38,544 bases of DNA from a virus (taxonomy: Duplodnaviria; Caudoviricetes). Numbering within the stretch: position 1 is the stretch's first letter; every line of letters starts with the position of its first letter. Of this stretch, positions 1 to 7,587 are shown piece by piece. The stretch lies in IMG/VR virus record IMGVR_UViG_3300034008_000092, positions 1-38,544 of that record; one strand, written 5' to 3'. Position numbers and translations under genes: made by a program. The notes under the pieces are model-generated. The model did not search any database and was not told the origin of the DNA. It saw nothing but the letters and a program-made list of their open reading frames with translations.

Positions 1-127
1 TTTGGTCGAGCTTGCCGGCAATGGCCGGGCCGGTGGTGATGAGGGCCGAAACGCCGTCATCGGTGGGCTGTTGCCGGCCGAGCCCGCCCTGCCGTTTTTT
101 TAGTAAAATGTCGGGAAGTGCCATTTT
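1..127. repeat. Terminal direct repeat, copy 1 (circular assembly overlap)
   Basis: Bases 1-127 are identical to 38418-38544. It contains the 5' end of the tail sheath gene (ATG at 124 = 38541). 127 is a common assembler k-mer size. Confidence 0.95.
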
Positions 128-606
128 TAAAGTGCTGGTGAATCGGTGGGGGGAAGGGTTTCGCTGCCATCGATAGAGGGCAGCTGAGCCGCGGCGGCCA
201 GGCCGAGGAAAAAGAGGCCGGCACCTTTGAAGTAGGGCAGCCAGGGCTCCGGCACGTAGCCGCTGGCCAGCAGGCCGCCGATGCTGCCGGCGGTGGCCAC
301 CGCCCGGCCCTGCAGCCGTTTCCAAAAGGTGGGCTTTGGGCTGCTGAGGCGGCGGCCGATTTCGCGGAGCAGGGCCCCCTCTTTGCGGAGGGCCCTCAGC
401 AGCGGGCTCATGGTGGCCAGCGCCCCCAGCACCAGGCCCAGCAGGGCCCAATGCCACCAGAGCAGCGGCCAGGTGTCGGGCTGCAGCTGTAGCTGCAGCA
501 GCCCGGGCTGCGCGGGCCCGGTCGGGCAGGGGCAGGGCCCCAACACCCGGCAGCTGCTGGCCAGCAGGGCAAGGCAGGCCAGGCGGGTAAAGACTAGGAT
601 TCTCAT
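127..606 (-). CDS. Lysis-cassette membrane lipoprotein (spanin/holin-like candidate)
   Basis: The likely start MRILVF at 606 overlaps the upstream stop (ATGA). It has a lipobox-like LLASS-C, a central hydrophobic helix and two C-terminal hydrophobic segments, and lies downstream of the endolysin. Confidence 0.55.
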   Translation of the reverse strand: MRILVFTRLACLALLASSCRVLGPCPCPTGPAQPGLLQLQLQPDTWPLLWWHWALLGLVLGALATMSPLLRALRKEGALLREIGRRLSSPKPTFWKRLQGRAVATAGSIGGLLASGYVPEPWLPYFKGAGLFFLGLAAAAQLPSIDGSETLPPTDSPAL

Positions 607-908
607 GGTGCTGTAGGATTTTTGCGGCTGTCGATGTAGCCGTTTATTTTGGCTACTTCGACCTGCACCGCGGTTATGGCTGTTAGGATTCGCTGCCCAT
701 CGGTGCGCTGCAGGTCGAGCTGCGCCCGTATATCGGCCTCCGTTTTGGCTGAGCTGGTGGTGTGGCCCTCTTTCCAGGTTTCCAGGGCGGTGAGGCGGTG
801 CTCCTGACTGATGCCGTAGCCAACGCCTACCCCTATCACTGCCCAGCTGAGCATTATCCCCCATTTGAGCCAATCGGCCACGTTTTTGGTGCCTGTTACC
901 GTGGGCAT
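603..908 (-). CDS. Single-TM membrane protein with coiled-coil (holin or inner spanin candidate)
   Basis: TM segment WGIMLSWAVIGVGVGYGI followed by a heptad-like helix; immediately follows the endolysin. Confidence 0.55.
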   Translation of the reverse strand: MPTVTGTKNVADWLKWGIMLSWAVIGVGVGYGISQEHRLTALETWKEGHTTSSAKTEADIRAQLDLQRTDGQRILTAITAVQVEVAKINGYIDSRKNPTAP

Positions 909-911
909 GAG

Positions 912-1862
912 TTAGGCGCTGAGGTACAGGGCCGCTTCACGCTCCCGGCGGTGGGTGAGGCCGAGGGCTACCACTTTTTTACCGGTGGCCGGGTCGGTGA
1001 TTTTGTTCCACATTGCGAAAGCGGCCGTTATCTGCGCCGCGGTGGCGGTGCCGGCGTTGTGCAGCTTTAGCAGGGTGCTTTTGGCCAGGCCCGCGGGCCC
1101 GATGTTGAAGCACATCGATACCAGGGCGGCCAGCTGGTTAGCGGTGCAGGGCCTGGTGCAGAGCTTCAGCACCGCGGGGCCGAATCGCTCCGTTACATCT
1201 TGCTGCAGCAGCTGCATTGCCTGCAGGTTGCTGAGCTTAAAGCCAGGCGCTAAGTAGGTGCTTTCCTCCGCGGGCTGGATTACGTGCCCGATGCCGATGG
1301 TTTTATGGCCGGCCGGGCAGGTGTACCAGGTAGCCCGCAAACCTTCCTCACGCACCAGGCCAGCCAGGCCGGCCGGGGTGAGTTGTGTCGAGCCCGCCGG
1401 CTTGGGGGCCGGGGCCACCGGGGCCACCGGGTGCACTGGTGCCGCGGCCGGGTTGCTGACGGTGAGCCAAACCTGCCCGCCGGCGTTGGTGGTGAGCTCA
1501 ATCAAATAGATGAGCCGCTGCACCGCTTCGGGGCAGTCCCAAATGCGGGTTTTGTTCTGCTGATTGCCTACCAGGATGCAGCCGCGGGAATCTTCGGGGC
1601 CGTTGCCGCCATGCAGCAGGATGCCCTCAAAACCGGGCACCGCCTGCAGGCGCGGAAACCGCTTGCCGAAGCCCGGGGAGTATTCGACCGTAACCCGGTA
1701 GCGGCCGGCGGGAATGGCCGTTTTACCGGCCACCTTCACGCCGGCCGGGCGCACGGCATCCTCACAGGTGTAGCACTGGTGCACCCCGTTGCGGGTGATG
1801 CTGCCCAGCGCCCTATCAGCGAGTAGCGTATGCCGCTGCAGGTGCAGCTCTAAAATTGTCAT
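912..1862 (-). CDS. Two-domain endolysin: DUF5675 (L,D-transpeptidase-like) plus GH24 phage lysozyme
   Basis: N-domain TAIPAGRY...GILLHGGN..EDSRGCILVG; Pro/Ala linker; C-domain REEGLRATWYTCPAGHKTIGIGH...ALVSMCFNIG...GLTHRREREAALY. Start refined to ATG at 1862. Confidence 0.88.
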   Translation of the reverse strand: MTILELHLQRHTLLADRALGSITRNGVHQCYTCEDAVRPAGVKVAGKTAIPAGRYRVTVEYSPGFGKRFPRLQAVPGFEGILLHGGNGPEDSRGCILVGNQQNKTRIWDCPEAVQRLIYLIELTTNAGGQVWLTVSNPAAAPVHPVAPVAPAPKPAGSTQLTPAGLAGLVREEGLRATWYTCPAGHKTIGIGHVIQPAEESTYLAPGFKLSNLQAMQLLQQDVTERFGPAVLKLCTRPCTANQLAALVSMCFNIGPAGLAKSTLLKLHNAGTATAAQITAAFAMWNKITDPATGKKVVALGLTHRREREAALYLSA

Positions 1863-1893
1863 TGCAGAAAAGAGGTGAGCAGCCAGGCCGGGG

Positions 1894-2136
1894 CTAGGCT
1901 GCAGGGGCGGCAGTTTTGAGCTCCGTAGCATCGGGGCCGTAGGATTTGTATTCCACCTTGTTAAGGGTGATTTTGAGCTTGCCCTCTTTGGTTTCGCTTT
2001 TGTAGCCGTTGGCTTCTTTGGCGTATTGCTCATTGAAGAAGTGCCGGCCATCGGCCATAATGTGCACTTTTTCGAGGTCGGGGCGGGCGGCGAACGTTTC
2101 CACGATGCCGGTCAAGTTGTTGATTTTTTGAGCCAT
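1894..2136 (-). CDS. Hypothetical protein (80 aa) after the capsid gene
   Basis: ATG-started ORF in the operon direction, filling the gap between capsid and lysin. Confidence 0.65.
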   Translation of the reverse strand: MAQKINNLTGIVETFAARPDLEKVHIMADGRHFFNEQYAKEANGYKSETKEGKLKITLNKVEYKSYGPDATELKTAAPAA

Positions 2137-2245
2137 AACTAAGGGCGGGCTTCGAGGCCTGCAGCTGGTTTTTCGTCGATTCGATTTAGGATTTTTGCCG
2201 GTTTAGCGGGCACCAGCGGCTGCCGGTGCCCGCACGGTGGGCTGC

Positions 2246-3163
2246 CTACAGGGTGTAGAGGGCCAGCTCCGCGCCGAAACCGTAGTTGGTGTCTACTTTC
2301 ATCAGCATTTTGATGAAATAGAGCTCCGAATTGGCCTGCAGCTTGGCAAATTCCAGCTTTGCATCATCGACCGAATTCATGCCGAGCCAGAGGTTAGATT
2401 CCATGCTGGCCGAGCCCTTGCCGAGCAAAATCGTATCATCGGGCATCCCGTACAGGGGCACAATGGTGCGGCCGCTGTAGCGGTTAATGCCGGCCAGCGT
2501 GTTATCTACGCCCTTGTAGCCGGCATCTTGCTGAGCCTGCTCCCAGAGTTGGGCCGTTTTGTAGCTCACGAAGAATTTCAGCGTGCTATCGTAGAGCACA
2601 TCAGCGGCCACCCGGTTGAGGGTAGCGCGGAAAGCACCGCCGATATTGGCCGTAGTCAGCACCGCGGGGCTGGCCACTTTGGGCACCGTCACGTCCAATT
2701 TGGCGCGGGTGATGATGCCATTGAAGTACTTAAATACCCCGTTCGTGGTGGTGTCGCCCTGCAGGGCGGCTTTGCCGAGGTACTTGTTGTGCTGTTTCAG
2801 GAACTCCTGAATAATCACCGATTCAACCGTTACCGGCAGGCGGCGGTCGATGAGCGTCTGGTTGAGCTGCACAGCATACCAGTGGTCTTCAAAGTCACGC
2901 GGGTTAAACTCCGCGTAAACCATGTAATCGGCGGGCTCTAGCAGCTGGCCATCGACCGTAATAGTGCCCACCGATGAGGTAGGGGTTGCTTTACGGTCTT
3001 GAATGATGCCTTCCACCTGCAGGCGCGGGATGGTGTAGGCCTTTTTGATGCCATCTTTTACGAAGATGTGGCCACCGCTTACGATTTCGTTACCGACTAC
3101 CGATTTAACGATAAACGCGGAAGCGGCTTCGCCCGCGTAGGTAACATCATTGATTTGTAACAT
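2246..3163 (-). CDS. Major capsid protein
   Basis: 305 aa directly after the protease. N-terminal TYAGEAA and C-terminal YFIKMLMKVDTNYGFGAELALY resemble Bacteroidota phage capsid proteins (recalled, not searched). Confidence 0.8.
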   Translation of the reverse strand: MLQINDVTYAGEAASAFIVKSVVGNEIVSGGHIFVKDGIKKAYTIPRLQVEGIIQDRKATPTSSVGTITVDGQLLEPADYMVYAEFNPRDFEDHWYAVQLNQTLIDRRLPVTVESVIIQEFLKQHNKYLGKAALQGDTTTNGVFKYFNGIITRAKLDVTVPKVASPAVLTTANIGGAFRATLNRVAADVLYDSTLKFFVSYKTAQLWEQAQQDAGYKGVDNTLAGINRYSGRTIVPLYGMPDDTILLGKGSASMESNLWLGMNSVDDAKLEFAKLQANSELYFIKMLMKVDTNYGFGAELALYTL

Positions 3164-3219
3164 ACTGAAAATGTTTACTTAATGCAGAAAAAAGGTGAGA
3201 ATGAGCGGAGCGGGGGCGG

Positions 3220-4410
3220 TTAGTCGTTGCCCTTTGTGGTGCCCTTGGCGTTGATTTCAGCCATGGCCGCGGCGGCGGTGAGCTTGCCGATGCCGGCACC
3301 AGCGGCCGAGGCGGTTACTTCCGTTACCAGCGATTTGCGGGCGGGCAGCTTGTCGAGCAGCGCCGTGGTGCTGGCCAGGTTGGCCACCGCTAGGGTGGTG
3401 TAGTGCGGAGCCAGCTCCGCGGTGATTTTGCCCACCGTCACGGCGTTGGCTACCAGGTCGGAAACGGCCTTTTCGCCGGCGGCTTTTTCATCCTCAGCGG
3501 CTTTATCCTTGAAGGTTTTGAGCTCAGCCTCCGCGGTGGCTTTGTCGGCCTCCGCTTGCGTAGCCGCGGCCGTGGCCGTGGCCAGCGAGTCGGTGAGGGT
3601 GGTCACGGCCGCGGTGGCCGTGGCCAGGCCGGTGCGGGTGGTGGCCAGTTCGGTAAAGGCCGCGGTTACGGCACCGGTTACCTGCTCATCAGTCGAGGCG
3701 GCGGTGATGCCGGCCAGCAGTGAGGGGTGAGCTACTGCATTAGCCTGCAGAATCGGCAGCAATAAATTTTTCATGGTTGAGGTTTGGGAAGCGTTGGAAA
3801 GCTGCCCGCCGTAGAAGGCCTGCAGCTGTAAGAGGGAGGCCTCCGCGGTCGAGCTGGTGAGGTCGGCCGGGGGCGGGGTTGCGGATTTGGGCGCGTCGAT
3901 GATGCCGGTAGCGAAGCCCAGGCGCACGGCATCCTCCGCGCTCAGCCAGGTTTCGAGGGCCATCATTTCGCGGATTTTTTCAATCGGCAAGCCGGTGGCG
4001 TGGGTGTAGAGCAGGGCCATGCTTTCGTTTATGGCCCGCTGCCCTTCAATCGCTTTTTCTAAGTCGCCAATCTGCCCGGCCGCGGGGCCGCTGCAGTTGT
4101 GAATCATTAGCCGGGCGTGGGCCCTCATCAGGCGCTTGCGGCCGGCCATGAAAATCATCGATGCCGAGCTGGCCGCTATGCCATCGCAATAGGTATCGAT
4201 TTTGAGGGCTGAGGCCTTAATGAGGGCCACAATGCCCTGAGCCATTAGCCAGTTACCGCCCACCGAATTGAGGCGCACCTGCACCGCCCCGCTGCCGACC
4301 GAAACGGCCGCGGCGAGCTCACTCTGAAACCTATCCTGCGAAAAAGCGCAGTAGTCGTTCGGCTCCCCAGGGGTGCCGATGATGGAGTAAATGAGGATTA
4401 CGGGGGGCAT
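3220..4410 (-). CDS. ClpP-like head maturation protease with C-terminal scaffold
   Basis: VRLNSVGG, DGIAASSASMIFMAG (catalytic Ser), LMIHN and ETWLSAEDAVRLGFATGI are S14 family motifs; Ala-rich coiled-coil C-terminus. Confidence 0.9.
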   Translation of the reverse strand: MPPVILIYSIIGTPGEPNDYCAFSQDRFQSELAAAVSVGSGAVQVRLNSVGGNWLMAQGIVALIKASALKIDTYCDGIAASSASMIFMAGRKRLMRAHARLMIHNCSGPAAGQIGDLEKAIEGQRAINESMALLYTHATGLPIEKIREMMALETWLSAEDAVRLGFATGIIDAPKSATPPPADLTSSTAEASLLQLQAFYGGQLSNASQTSTMKNLLLPILQANAVAHPSLLAGITAASTDEQVTGAVTAAFTELATTRTGLATATAAVTTLTDSLATATAAATQAEADKATAEAELKTFKDKAAEDEKAAGEKAVSDLVANAVTVGKITAELAPHYTTLAVANLASTTALLDKLPARKSLVTEVTASAAGAGIGKLTAAAAMAEINAKGTTKGND

Positions 4411-4429
4411 AGGGTGCGATTCGAGTAGT

Positions 4430-4564
4430 CAAACCTACCGCCCGCCCGCACGTTTGCACTTTTCAAAGTTCAAACACCGGGTTTTTTAGCACCTTTTAAA
4501 GGGGAAAACCTTCCCTGAATGAAAACGGGAAAAGTGCCCCGCGCCCCCGCGGGCGGTAGTTTTC
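4430..4564. promoter_or_regulatory. Divergent late promoter pair sharing GAAAAGTGC-N10/11-GCGGGCGGTAGnTTT
   Basis: Inverted copies at 4430-4464 (- strand; includes TAGGTTTG, matching the Bacteroidota -7 box TAnnTTTG) and 4529-4563 (+ strand), between the two divergent structural operons. Confidence 0.6.
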
Positions 4565-4640
4565 GCTCCCGTTTCGCTCCTATTATGCCCTAGCCGCGCC
4601 CAAAAAGGCCGCGGCAGCGGCCCGGGGCCCCTTTTGCACT

Positions 4641-5267
4641 ATGGCCACCACCCCCCCCGATGATGAGCTGCTGCCCGATGAGCAGCCCGATGAGCAGCTG
4701 CCCGCTGATGAGCAGCCAGGCCCTGCCGAACGGGTAGCCATTAGCCGCGCTCAGCAGCGGCTGCTGCGCGAATTCATGGCCGGCGAAAAAGAAACCCGGC
4801 AGGACGTGGAAAGGAACCGGGCGAAGATTCGCCGGGTGATGCTGGACTTTATTAAAAACGAGCTCCGGAGCCCAACGGTGCAGGAGCTGGTGCAGCTCAC
4901 CGGGCTCTCCGATAAGACGGTAAAGGCCCACAAAAAGCACATCAAACTAGGGGACGGAAAGCCCAACATCTACCGGGATTTAACGCCCGATGTGGTGCTG
5001 AGCCTGTACAAGAAAGCGAAGGGCTTCACCTACACCGCGGAGAAACTGCTCACCGTGTCGGGCGGCGCGGGCATGGGCTCAGAGGTCGAGCGGCATGAGG
5101 TCGAGATGTATGTGCAGCCCGACACCGCGGCGGTAAAGCTCTGGTTTCAGCTAGTCGAGGGCTACAGCGATACCACCAAAACGGAGCACAGCGGCGAAGT
5201 AAAAACCGGGGGCGGGGCGGGCTTCTATTTCGAGTACGTAGTGCCGGAGGCTCCGAAAAATGACTAA
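4641..5267 (+). CDS. Terminase small subunit
   Basis: N-terminal HTH (PTVQELVQLTGLSDKTVKAH), then SLYKKAKGFTY...PDTAAVKLW...TEHSGEV; overlaps the start of TerL. Confidence 0.8.
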   Translation: MATTPPDDELLPDEQPDEQLPADEQPGPAERVAISRAQQRLLREFMAGEKETRQDVERNRAKIRRVMLDFIKNELRSPTVQELVQLTGLSDKTVKAHKKHIKLGDGKPNIYRDLTPDVVLSLYKKAKGFTYTAEKLLTVSGGAGMGSEVERHEVEMYVQPDTAAVKLWFQLVEGYSDTTKTEHSGEVKTGGGAGFYFEYVVPEAPKND

Positions 5268-6909
5268 GGCAGCCACCACCGCCAAACGGGCACCAGCGAA
5301 GCAAACCGCTACCAAACCGCGCACGGCCGCCAAGAAAGCCGCGCCCAAAAAACCCGCGCCCAAAAAGCAGGGCCCGCCGGCGGGGGCGAAGCGCCTGCAG
5401 TTTAAGCCGAGTTGGAAACAGCACCTTGCATGGTTGGCCCTGCAGGATAACGAAACGGAGGAATTGGTTTACGGCGGGGCTGCTGGCGGCGGCAAAAGCT
5501 GGCTAGGGGCTACGTGGAAAATTCATCGTCGACTGCGCTACCCGGGCAGCCGCGGGCTCACTGGCCGGACGGTGTTCAACGATTTGAAGGAGTCGACCCT
5601 CATCACCTATTTCGAGGTGCTGAGCAGTTGGGGCATGGTGGCCGGCCGTGATTATTTCTACCATGGCACCGACCACTATATACAATTTGCCAACGGCAGC
5701 CGCGAAGTATTCAAGGCCCTAGGCTGGCAGCCTTCCGACCCTGATTATCAGCGGTTGGGCTCTACTGAGTTTACAGATTTGTGGATTGAGGAAGCCGGGG
5801 ACGGGCTGCCCAAAAAAGCAATGATGATTGCTAAGAGCCGAATCCGGTGGAAACTGGATGAGTTCGACCTGATTCCCAAGGTTTTGATTACGTGCAATCC
5901 GGGTTACCATTGGATTAGAACGGCCTATTTCTATGATGATGAGGATAATCCGATTGTGCTCAAAGCACATCAAAAAGTAATTCGGGCCCTGGTGACGGAT
6001 AACCCGAAACCGGAATTTGTCAAGCGCTACAAAAAGAACCTTGAAGGCCTCAGCGATTACGACCGCGCCCGCCTCTTAGAGGGTGACTGGAACGCGGTCG
6101 AGAAAACGGGCGGGGAGTTCTACGCGGCATTTGATACGGAAAAGCACAGCGGGGACTATTCCAGCCGCTACGATAGTGAGCTGCCGCTGCACATCACCCT
6201 AGACTTTAACACAGCGCCCTATATGACGCTGAATGTGTGGCAAATATTCGAGGATGAGGCCGGCAACTACGAGGCGGTGCAGGTCGATGAGTTCACCCCC
6301 GAAGACCCGAATAATAACACCCCGGCGGTGGTGCGCCTGTTCGTGGCCAAATACGGGCCGGAGGGTTTCGACCATTCGGCCGAGGTGTTTGTGTACGGCG
6401 ACCCGGCCGGCAAACATGAGGACACCCGAAGCGAGAAAGGCCACAACGATTTTACGCTGGTGCTAAACGGTTTGGAGTGCTTTCACCAGGTCACGAAACG
6501 GGTAGGCCTCAGCGCCCCCTCTGTATCGATGCGCGGGCTCTGGCAAAATGCCGTGCTGAAAGGTGAGCAGCCAGGCCTCAAAATTCTCATCAGCAAAAAC
6601 TGCCGCAACACCCTGCAGGACTACCAGAAAGTTAAAAAGGGGGCCGACGGGGCGAAGGAAAAGCGCCGGGTGAAAAACGCGGCTACGGGGGTGAGCTATG
6701 AGCAGTACGGGCACTGCTCCGATGCGAACGATTACTTTCTATGCAAGGCGTTTGCAGCTATGTACAAGGCCTTTAAGAACCGCAAAAAGAAGCCGGGCGG
6801 CGGCCCCAAAGGGGAGGGCTCACTCAATCCAAATTTCACCGCGGCCGACAAGCCCGCCCGGCCAGTCCGGACGGAGCGCCCCGCCCGCAAATCAAAAACC
6901 AGCTACTAA
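5260..6909 (+). CDS. Terminase large subunit
   Basis: Walker A YGGAAGGGKS, Walker B LWIEEA, ITCNPG, nuclease motifs ITLDFN, YGDPAG and HCSDANDY. Confidence 0.95.
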   Translation: MTKAATTAKRAPAKQTATKPRTAAKKAAPKKPAPKKQGPPAGAKRLQFKPSWKQHLAWLALQDNETEELVYGGAAGGGKSWLGATWKIHRRLRYPGSRGLTGRTVFNDLKESTLITYFEVLSSWGMVAGRDYFYHGTDHYIQFANGSREVFKALGWQPSDPDYQRLGSTEFTDLWIEEAGDGLPKKAMMIAKSRIRWKLDEFDLIPKVLITCNPGYHWIRTAYFYDDEDNPIVLKAHQKVIRALVTDNPKPEFVKRYKKNLEGLSDYDRARLLEGDWNAVEKTGGEFYAAFDTEKHSGDYSSRYDSELPLHITLDFNTAPYMTLNVWQIFEDEAGNYEAVQVDEFTPEDPNNNTPAVVRLFVAKYGPEGFDHSAEVFVYGDPAGKHEDTRSEKGHNDFTLVLNGLECFHQVTKRVGLSAPSVSMRGLWQNAVLKGEQPGLKILISKNCRNTLQDYQKVKKGADGAKEKRRVKNAATGVSYEQYGHCSDANDYFLCKAFAAMYKAFKNRKKKPGGGPKGEGSLNPNFTAADKPARPVRTERPARKSKTSY

Positions 6910-7581
6910 ATGGGCTTTTTACTCCTATCCGATTACCCGCTGCAGATTAAACCCGACCTGCTCAGAGTCCTGACTGAGGGCATCGACTCTAATCGCACCG
7001 ATGCCGAGGAAGCAGCCACCGACGAAATGCAGGGCTACCTGCGCGGCCGTTTCAACCTGCCGGCCTGCTTTCCCGATGTGCACATTTACAGCGCGACGGA
7101 GCAATACCAGGCCGGTGATATTGTGCTGGTGCCAGGCACCGCCGGCGCACCTGGTGCACCGGGCAGCGCCGGCACCATGCCCACCCCGGCGCTCATCTAC
7201 GTGGCCAACCGCGAAACCGCCCCAGGGGAGGAACCAACGCCGGCCACCGCGGGCAAGGTGCCGCCCCCTGCAGCACCAGGTGCTGAGCAGCTGCCGGTGC
7301 CGGCGTGGCGCGTGTCCGACCCGCGGGCGAAGCTGCTAAAGATGTACCTCATCGATATGACGCTTTACCACCTGCACAGCCGGCAGAACCCGCAAACGGT
7401 GCCGGAGGTGCGGCAGCTGCGCTACGATACGGCGCTGCAGTGGTGCAAGGACTGCCGCACCGGCAAGGTGAGCCCGGGCCTGCCGCTGCTGGCCGACACC
7501 TCCGAAGATGGAACGCCCAACCGGGAAAGCATCCGGCCCCGCGGGGGCTCTGGTGCCAAAAAACTACAAAACAGCTTTTAG
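6910..7581 (+). CDS. Mu gp36-like (DUF1320) head-tail connector
   Basis: AEEAATDEMQGYLRGRFNL...IDMTLYHLH...RYDTALQW pattern, located between terminase and portal. Confidence 0.75.
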   Translation: MGFLLLSDYPLQIKPDLLRVLTEGIDSNRTDAEEAATDEMQGYLRGRFNLPACFPDVHIYSATEQYQAGDIVLVPGTAGAPGAPGSAGTMPTPALIYVANRETAPGEEPTPATAGKVPPPAAPGAEQLPVPAWRVSDPRAKLLKMYLIDMTLYHLHSRQNPQTVPEVRQLRYDTALQWCKDCRTGKVSPGLPLLADTSEDGTPNRESIRPRGGSGAKKLQNSF

Positions 7582-7587
7582 CCGATT

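Noticed and set aside
1-127. 127-bp terminal repeat as a biological direct terminal repeat or att site
   Set aside because: Its length equals a standard assembler k-mer and it falls inside the sheath gene, so it is best explained as circular overlap.
2206-2233. Hairpins after the capsid gene and at 26344-26374 as terminators
   Set aside because: Stems are present but lack a convincing U-tract in the transcribed direction; they may be stability or processing elements.
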